Positions 54,666-64,000 of a DNA stretch of 64,000 nt are shown here, piece by piece. Source of the stretch: the human T2T-CHM13v2.0 reference genome, Homo sapiens; the NCBI RefSeq assembly GCF_009914755.1, contig NC_060942.1; one strand, given 5' to 3'. Made by a program: the position numbers and the translations under genes. Each line of letters opens with the position of its first letter. The stretch's first letter is position 1. Under the pieces are notes generated by a model that saw only the letters and a list, made by a program, of their open reading frames with translations, was not told the DNA's origin and made no database searches.

Positions 54666-55316
54666 ATGAAAACAAAACCAAAAAACTAATACAGCAATAT
54701 AGGAATAAAACTATACATCATGACCAAGTGGGATTTATCCCAGGAACATTAGTTTAGTTTAACATCCCCAAATCAATTAGTTATATATTTTATTTTACAA
54801 TATATTTTATTATACATCATATAACAAAATAAAACATTTGTATGATTATCTCAATAGTTGCAGAAAAAGCATTTGACAAAACCAAACCATTTTGCATGAT
54901 AAAAAACACTCAAAAACTAAGAATAGAAGTTCCTCAACCTGATAAATGGCATCTACAAACAAACCCACTGCTAACATCATACTTACTTAATAGTGAAAGG
55001 AGGGTGCTTCTCACTGAGATCAGAACAAGACAAAAATGTATACTCTCACTACTTTCATTCAACACTCTACAGCAGGTTCTAGCCAGAGCAATTAGGCAAG
55101 AAAAAGGAAATAAAAGATATCCAGATTGGAAAGGAAGAAGTAAAACTATCTCTATTCACAGGTGACATATTACTGTTTTAAGGAAATTCTAATGAATTCA
55201 CCAAAGAATTATTACAACTAATAAATGAGTTCAGCAAGGTTGTAGGATACAAAATCAATGCACAAAACTCAGTTGTATTTCATAAATTTACAATGGACAA
55301 TTGAAAAAATGAAATT

Positions 55317-55612
55317 GGCCAGGTGTGGTGGCTCACGCCTGTAATCCAAGCACTTTGGAAGACTGAGGCAGGCGGATCACAAGGTCGGGAGATCAAGACC
55401 AGCCTGACCAACATGGTGAAATACTGCCTCTACTAAAAATACAAAAATTAGCCAGGCCTGGTGGTGGGCGCCTGTAATCCCAGACACTTTGGGGGGCTGA
55501 GGCAGGAGAATCACTTGAACCCGGCAGGAGGAAGTTGAAGTGAGCCAAGATTGTGCCATTGCACTCCAGCCTGGGTGACAGAGCGAGACTCCGTCTCAAA
55601 AGAAAAAAAAAG
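55317..55612 (+). mobile_element. Alu (AluSg/Sx-like)
   Basis: Full dimer. Confidence 0.96.
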
Positions 55613-55629
55613 AAAAAAGAAAATTAAGA

Positions 55630-56060
<431 letters not shown>

Positions 56061-57143
56061 TTAACAAAACAAAAAATATATACAGATCTGATAACTTAAC
56101 ATTGTTAAGATGACAATACTCTCCAAATTAACCCACAGAATCAATGAATTCCCTATCAGAATCCTAGCTGACTTCCTTGTAGAAATTGACAAGCTGATTC
56201 TAAAGTTAATATACAATTGCAAGGGACCCAGAGGAACTGAAACAATCCTGATAAAGCAGTACAAAGTAGGAGGACTCACACTTGTCAATTTCAAAACCTC
56301 CTGCAAGGCAATGGTAATCAAGACAAGGTGGTTCTGGCATAAGGATAGATACATAGGTCAATGAATAGATTTGAGAGTCCAAAAATAAACCTATGTGTCT
56401 ATTTAACAACCTTTGAATGGCTGCCAAAACCATTCAATGGGGAATGAATTGTCTCTTCAACAAGTGGTGCTAGGACAACTTGATAAGCACATGCAAAAAA
56501 TGAAGTTGGACCCATACCTCACACCATATACAAAATTTACTAAAAATAGACCAAAGATCAATATGAAGAACTAAAACTATAAAGCTTTTAGAGGAAAACG
56601 TAGGTGGAAAATCTTCATGGCCTTGGTTTTGACAAAGACTTCTTTAATATGACAGGCTATGCATGAAAAACAAAAGCAAAAGTAGATAAATTGGACTTAA
56701 TCAAAATTAAAAACTCTTGTGCATCAAGGGACACAATTAAAAAAGCAAAGGATAAAACACAGAGAAAATATTTGCAAATCATATATCTGATAAAGATTTA
56801 ATATTCAGGATATATAAAGAACTCTTACAAATCCATTATAACCAACCTAATTAAAAAATGGGCAAGGGATTTGAATAGATTTCTCCAAGGAAGATATACG
56901 AGTGGCCAATAAGTACATAAAAGAATGTTTGACATCATTATCAGGGGAAATACAAATCAAAACCTCCATGAAATACTTCTTCACATTAACTATGGTGACT
57001 AGAAAAAAAAGGTCAGATAACAACAAATGTTGGTGAGGATGGGGAGAAATCAGAATCCTCATACCCTGCTGGAGGGATATAATGGGTGCAGCTGCTTTGG
57101 AGAACATCTAGCAGTTCCTCACATCATTAAACATAGAATTACC

Positions 57144-57515
57144 ATATACCTTAGTCCCTTCAGACTGCTATAATGAAACACCACAGACTGGGAGGCTTAT
57201 AAACAACAAAAATTTACTTCTCACAGTTCTGGAGGCTGGGAAGTCCAAGATCAAGGCATCACCCGATTCTGTGTCTAGTGAGGGCCCACTTCCCTCTAGA
57301 CAGTCATTTCCTCACTGTGGCATCACATGGTGGAAGGGACAAGAGTCCTCTCTGGGACCTCTTTTATAAGGACATGAATCCCATTAATGAGTGCTCTGCC
57401 CTCACAACCTAATCACCTGCCACAGGCCCCAGCTCCTAATATCATCATCTTTGGGATTAGGATTTCAATATCTGAATTTGGGGCAGAGGTCGGGGGAGAT
57501 AGATAAACTTTCAGG
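57144..57515 (-). mobile_element. MaLR LTR (MST/MLT1A-like)
   Basis: ggcttataaacaacaaaaatttacttctcacagttctggaggctgggaagtccaagatcaaggc. Confidence 0.88.
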
Positions 57516-58787
57516 ACACACACACACACGGAATCTAAAAGAAATGAAAACATCTATCCACACAAGAACTTGTACATGAATGTTTATAGGAGTATTATCC
57601 ATAATAGCCCAAAAGGTAGAACCAACCCAAATGTTCATTAACAGATGGATAAACAAAATATGGTGTTTCTACACCATTAATATTATTCAGCCAAACAAAG
57701 GAATGAAGATGCTAAAAAATGGATGAACCTTGTAAACTTTATGCTAAGCGAAAGAAACCAATCACAAAAGACCACATATTGTGTGACTTCATTCACATGA
57801 AAGTCCAGGATAGGGGAAATCTATAGAAAGAGAGATAGATGAGTGGCTGCCTAGGTTGGGGGGTGCAGAGTTTAGAGCAGAGGAGGGTGATGGCTAAAAG
57901 GCTTTGTGAGGTGATGAAAGTGTTCCAAAACTGACTATGGTGATGGTTTCACAAATATATTAACCCATTAATCTGTGCACTTTAAATGGGTGAATCGTAT
58001 GGTACATGAGCATAAATCTGCTTTATAAAAAGTGATAATTAGTACAAAATCAATTCCAGAAAGTTTTTACATTTTTATTCTTCATATGTACTAAGCAGTT
58101 GCACCCAACACTGCCCAGGAATCACTGGTATCTGTGGGTTTAGCTCTACCTTTATGGTAGAGCAGTGGCAGACTCTGACAGGACTGGCCACGCTAAAGCA
58201 GCAGCCTCTCATTCTGCTAATTGCATGTAGGACTCATGTGTGAACGCCAGACTCACCTCCTGCGAGCATGTATCTTGTCCACAAGGGCTTCAGAGCGACC
58301 CCCCATTCCCCACTTTATTGTCTTGTCTTCACTTGGCTCCAAATTTGTTGATCATAAAAGCTCTGATGATAACTTTGTGCTTTAAAGAAATAACTAAATT
58401 GTGGACTCACCCATAGATGGGTGGCTCATTGTATTAAAAAATAAAAAGGCATGAGCACCTTTTTATACAAAAATAAATTGAGACAAGATTTGTTTCAACA
58501 GTGGATACGTTTGGAAGACCTAGAACCTCTTGACTTCGTATTTCTTACAGGGGGAGATCTGCCCTCCCACCCAACACAAAATCCTGAGGAATGCATTAAA
58601 AAATATATATACATTTGCATCAGGAAGATAAAGCAAAGGAGAAGGAGAGTAACACGTGGTGCAGGAAACAGCTGCCTGCGGTAGAAAGTGGGCTAACTTG
58701 AGGCAGGTGTAAAACTAAGAGAAACTCAGAGTGAGACTTTTTTGAAGGAGTGGAGTTAAAGCAGCAGGGAAGAAAAGGCAGAGCCTC

Positions 58788-59217
<430 letters not shown>

Positions 59218-60305
59218 TCAGGAACGTGGGCAGCTCCTGTCCAGGAGCTCCCCAACTGAAACGAGAATGAGGACTAAGGAGCAGGTTTCAAAAACCTGAA
59301 AAACGTCCATTGTGAGCAGCGGTGCTGCTCTCCCAACAGCTGTTGACCAGGGAGGCTGGCGAGGAACCTGCACAGGACGGACCCGAGCTCCACCACACTT
59401 GGGTGCCCGACGTGTGGGCCTAAGGGGCATAGAAAACGAGGTTGTGAGGATGCTCAAAGGGGAAAAACCGCCCTTGAGGTAGGAGCCCATTTCAAATTTC
59501 TAAATTTCCAAGCTGGTAGCATTGTTTCAAGGGCCCTTCTTTGGGAGAGCAGGGTGGTGCCTGGGTGGATCCCGCCTCCGCCCAGTTGTAGTGAGTGCAG
59601 GAAGCTAAAACTGACCCCCTAATTCCCCCCAACTACATTCAAGTTCATGGTTGGCGTTGGCCGACTGGCATCCTGGGGGTCTGGAATGAACTGCACTGTC
59701 TCCCGCACAGCCCATCTCTGGGAAGCTAGTGAGCACTGCCGGGAGCTTTGACCGAGCCCAGGCCTCTTGTGAAAGCGGCTATGCCAGCTGCTTGTGGAGT
59801 GAGGGCTCTGTTCATCTTACCTGCCCTCATACATAAATCACTTGCAGGGCTTGTTAAACCTTATTTATGTGTAGTTTACACATAATGAACTTCATCAATT
59901 TGTAAGTGCATAGTTCCACGAGTGTTGAAAAATTCACACACCTGTATAGAGTTTATGTATTTGGCTCAATGTTCTAGTTCACAGCAAGAGGCCACACTTG
60001 GCATAAATACTCTGACATGTAGAGTCAAATCTTTATTTCAGAAAAATATTCTTGAATTGTTGTGGGATCTCCTTCGTCTTCTACGTTTTTCTTTCTAATC
60101 TTGTTAATGTATTTCTTTATTTCTTTTTCATTGTCTCACTTTTCTCCTTTGTATTTTTCTAGATATTTTACTTTTCTCTCTAGCGAGTTTTATCTTCCTT
60201 GGGATCCCTGTCATTTCGTCTTTGTATCTAAAGTGGTTTTATCTTTGTGCCCCGCTCCTTTCCACTTCCCATTCCCCTCCTGCCATTCAGCCCATGGCTC
60301 CTCCC

Positions 60306-60458
60306 TCAGGCCGTGTCCTTCTGGAGTTTCTGTATTTCTGCGTTGTGGTGATCCTTCATGCTGCCGTGGTTTCATGACAATGTACACATGTATGGCCCGC
60401 AGCTCGTCCATCAGGCCATGTCCTTCTGGAGTTTCTCTATTTCTGCATTGTGGTGATC
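60306..60458. repeat. ~48-bp direct repeat, period 105
   Basis: tcaggcc(g/a)tgtccttctggagtttct(g/c)tatttctgc(g/a)ttgtggtgatc at 60306 and 60411. Confidence 0.93.
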
Positions 60459-61321
60459 AGATTAGATTAGCTTCTGGACATCAAAGGTGGGTTTTCTTTT
60501 TCCTCATCTTTAATATTAGCATATCAAGGACCTACAAAGGGGAGAGTCGAGTCATTTTGTGGACTTCCCAAAAACAAACACTTCTAAGAGAGGACAGAGC
60601 TCACATTTGTAGATTCCTGCTCCCCTTCTCTCCTGATAACATTCCCATGAATTATCATGGGCTATAAATCACCTCCTTCCATGATGCTGGTGTGTACTGT
60701 TCAGTCCTGAGGCTTTTCAAGGTTCCCAAGTCGACAGTGTCTTCACCAAGTCCTACAGGCTCCCTCATGGCAGATACAGCCCAAAAGGAATGTCTACTGT
60801 CATAACGAATATAGGACCAGATGCCATCAGGAGAGGTTCATAAAACCTGGAGAGTAAGGTGAAGACATGAAGACATTAAAGAAATAATAGCTGTCTTCAG
60901 ATTTTTGAAAAATGATCTTCTGGACTGCATGATGGGTGGCATTGGAGGCACTAAAGGGGGACCTGTAGGAAGTTTCTACGGTGACCAGACTGTTCCTTGG
61001 CACAGTGCAGCCTTCATCATCTCTCACAGTGACCGACAAAAGCAACTCTGGATTCTGATAATTCTTTACAACTGGGCAGCTAAGAAGTCAGGGACTCTGT
61101 TGCAAATGATTCATATCTCATTCTCTTTTAAGTAGTGAGATCTTGGTCATATACATCATGTAAACTTTGTCTTCAGCATTTTAATCTGTAAAATGTAGAT
61201 AAATAATTCTAACAGATCCCATGGACTTATTGGAAAAATAAAATTGTGCAAGCAATTAGGTAATGCTACTAGCACTTGCTCACTTGTATTTGGGTTGAGG
61301 ATTTAGAAGAAAAATAGATTC

Positions 61322-61700
61322 TGTGGTAGGTTTCATTGTGCCCCCTTCTCCTAAAGTTCTCCAAATCCCTGGAAGCTATGAATTGAAAAAAGGGTCTTTG
61401 CAGATGTAACTAAGTTAAAGATCTCAAGATGAGATCATCCTGTTACCTGCGTGGGTCCTAAATCTTACAAGAGCCATCCAGAGGGAGATGAGGCAGACAG
61501 AAGGGAGGACACAGGAGACAGAGATGTGTGAAGACAGGAGAAAGAGGTGGAGTGGTTCATCCTCAAGCCTGGGAACTCACGGATTGTTGGCAGCCACTGG
61601 GAGGCAGGAGAGCGACCTGGATTCTCTCTAGAGCCCTCAGAAGGAGCCAGCCTTGCTGACATCTTGACAGGACTGTATGGCTTGGGGACTCGGGGATATG
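61322..61700 (+). mobile_element. MaLR LTR (MLT1C/D-like)
   Basis: gggtctttgcagatgtaactaagttaaagatctcaagatgagatcatcc...gattctctctagagccctcagaaggagccagccttgctgacatcttga. Confidence 0.85.
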
Positions 61701-62439
61701 AGAAACTTGGGAACAAAGGCTCCAGATGGCCAGACCATGTGACATCTCCACTTCCATAGTAAACACATTTTGTTGATGATATTTCTTAGTCTTCATGGTT
61801 GCTAAATTATTTCACTTGCTGTCTCAGAACTTGCAGCATTTTGTTAGAAAATGGTGCTGACAGCCACTGTGAGAATGCCTGGAGGGTTTGTAGCTCAAAA
61901 CTGGGCAATGTGACTTTAGTCTTGAAAATACCTTTTTAATTAAAAAGAAAATGTCAGTGAGGGATTTGATAACAATGTTTCATATGAAGACTAGTAATGA
62001 AATTTTGCCTTATCTAAACTGGAGTTCAGTTAAATATTTATACAAACCAGAGGGTATGAAGAAGGAAGTTGGAGAATTAAATATAATATTTTATGAGCTA
62101 AAGTTAGCAGCACAGAGATGCTGTGACAAAATATAAATAACAGAATTTCAAATACTCGTAAAGCCAGGAAGGAGAACGTTAGTTAACATCCCAGGCAAAT
62201 CACCAAAATCCTCCTAGAATTCTGTTCCTGTTTCAACATTTCCTTACTGTTAAAAAAAAAAAAACCTTTTAAAAAATATTTTATGCTGTAAATTAAAATC
62301 ATATTTTTCTTGCTTTTTTAGGACTGTGTCTAGTGAAAATACTTTAATGGGGATGAATAAACAGAGGAATATATAATTATGCATGTGCATTGAGTAAAGT
62401 ATATTTTCATCCATAAAATACAAGTTGAGCTTAGATTGT

Positions 62440-62938
62440 TGTATTAGTTTTCTCTCACTGCATAACAAATTACTCCAAAAGTTGGCTGCTTACAATTGAC
62501 AACATTTCTGAGGGTTGGGAATGGAGGAGCTGCTCAGCTGAGGGGTTCTGGCTCAGGGTCCCTTAAAGGTCATGGTCAGCTCTCAGTGGGGACCGTGGTC
62601 AGCTGAAGGCTCAGCTGGGGCTGAAGCATCTACCTCCAGGCTCTTCACATACCTCCTCCTCTCACAAACCTCTCCACAGGCTGCTCCTAAAGGGGCAGTA
62701 TGCTTTGCCCAGAGCAAGAGACATGAGAGGGGAAGAAGAGGGAAAGAGACAGAGAGAGAGAGAGAAAGAGAGTCAACAGGGAGCAACTAAGACGGAAGCC
62801 ACAGGACTTCATAACCTAATCTCCAAGTGACATTCCCTGGACCCTGACCAGCCTTGCAACACTATGGGAGCAGCTGACCCAGGGTGTGGTGTGGAAGCCA
62901 GGAGGGGGCCCTATGGGCCATCTTGGAGGCCACCATCA
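62440..62938 (-). mobile_element. MaLR LTR (MLT1F/G/H-like)
   Basis: tgtattagttttctctcactgcataacaaattactccaaaa...ggccatcttggaggc. Confidence 0.8.
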
Positions 62939-63170
62939 TTGTTAAGTGTCTTCTAATTTGAAATAATCTCTTCCATTTTTAGATGGTATACTGTCTCTGG
63001 ATAAATATTTCATCTAGTTTGTGATATTCACATTCACTCTGTACATTAATTTCCCTGGTTTCTCTGGATCTTGCATCCCACCTGGTCTGCATATTTTACC
63101 CATTTTCTTCCTCACTTTCCCCCGCCCCCACCATTATTTCTTATAACATTAAAATGTGGTGGAGGAAACC

Positions 63171-63546
63171 TGCCAGGGGTTGAGTTGTGTCTCTCCCTCC
63201 GAAGTTCATATGTCGAAGTCCTAACCCTGGGTACCTCAGAATATGTTTGTATTTGGAGATAGGGCCTTTAAAGAGAGGTCATATGGATGTGCCCTGATCC
63301 AATATGACTCATGTCCTTATAAGAAGAAGAGATTAGGAGACAAAAAACAGAGGCCAGGGGATGGACACATGAGGAGACAGCAAGAGGATGGTCATCTGCA
63401 AACCAAGGAGAGAGGCCTCAGGAGGAACCAACACTGTGATCAACTTGGTCTTGGGCTTCCAGACTCCAGAACTGTGAGAACTAATTCTATTGTTTAAGCT
63501 GCCCAGTCTGTAGGATTTTGCTGTGGCATCCCTAGAAGACTAATAC
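63171..63546 (+). mobile_element. MaLR LTR (MLT1A0/B-like)
   Basis: ttcatatgtcgaagtcctaaccc...tatttggagatagggcctttaaagag...ccctagaagactaataca. Confidence 0.9.
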
Positions 63547-64000
63547 AAAACCTTATCAAAGTTTACATTAGCAAATATGATTGACATAAAGCAGCAATGA
63601 CTCAATGATGGCTGGTCAGGTTGGCTAATCCCCAGCCACTTCTCCACGTCACAAAATATTTGACCTTATATGAAGTATCAGGTGACTTAGGTGAAAGAAG
63701 CCATCGGATTCTTCCCATTGGAGATCCCTTTCCTCTGCTGCACAACTTCTTGATATTTTCTCTGAAATTCTCTGTTATTTTCTTACCACCTCTTTGATGG
63801 ATTTTTGCACTTATGGCACTTCAATATTGTAACAGAAAATCTTGGCAGGATCACAAGTGGCTTTATTATGCAAGAACCAACATTTTAGAGGTTTCAGAAC
63901 ATCAAGATATTTAGGGGAGCAGCCAATGTATAGTTTTATGCCCATTTATTCTCTGCCTAAAACAACAAGTAACTCCATTCCCACGGCATCACAATTGTTC

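Noticed and set aside
60062-60667. 201-aa ORF, longest in the track
   Set aside because: Non-ATG start, T-rich low-complexity F/S/L content, no recognisable domain.

Overview
Primate (human-like) genomic DNA, with no multi-exon gene that can be confidently assembled. The only recognisable protein-coding sequence is an intronless RPL36A (eL42) retrocopy on the minus strand (7941-8261). Its 106-codon ORF is intact, and it sits directly behind an Alu tail. The left half (~1-31 kb) is repeat-moderate and intron-like. It contains a strong + strand splice acceptor at 28954 opening a candidate terminal exon (one frame ends in the CaaX motif CKQQ*; candidate polyA signal at 31141). The right half (~31.4-58 kb) is almost wholly stacked L1, MaLR LTR, Alu and Tigger1 fossils. 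It includes a heavily decayed LTR-retroelement pol remnant (41.0-42.9 kb) and an L1 whose 5'UTR is fused to late ORF1. Nearly all ORFs in the supplied track are repeat-derived or random. I see no convincing previously undescribed biological system. Repeat family and subfamily names are from recalled consensus similarity, not a database search, and boundaries of old repeats are approximate.
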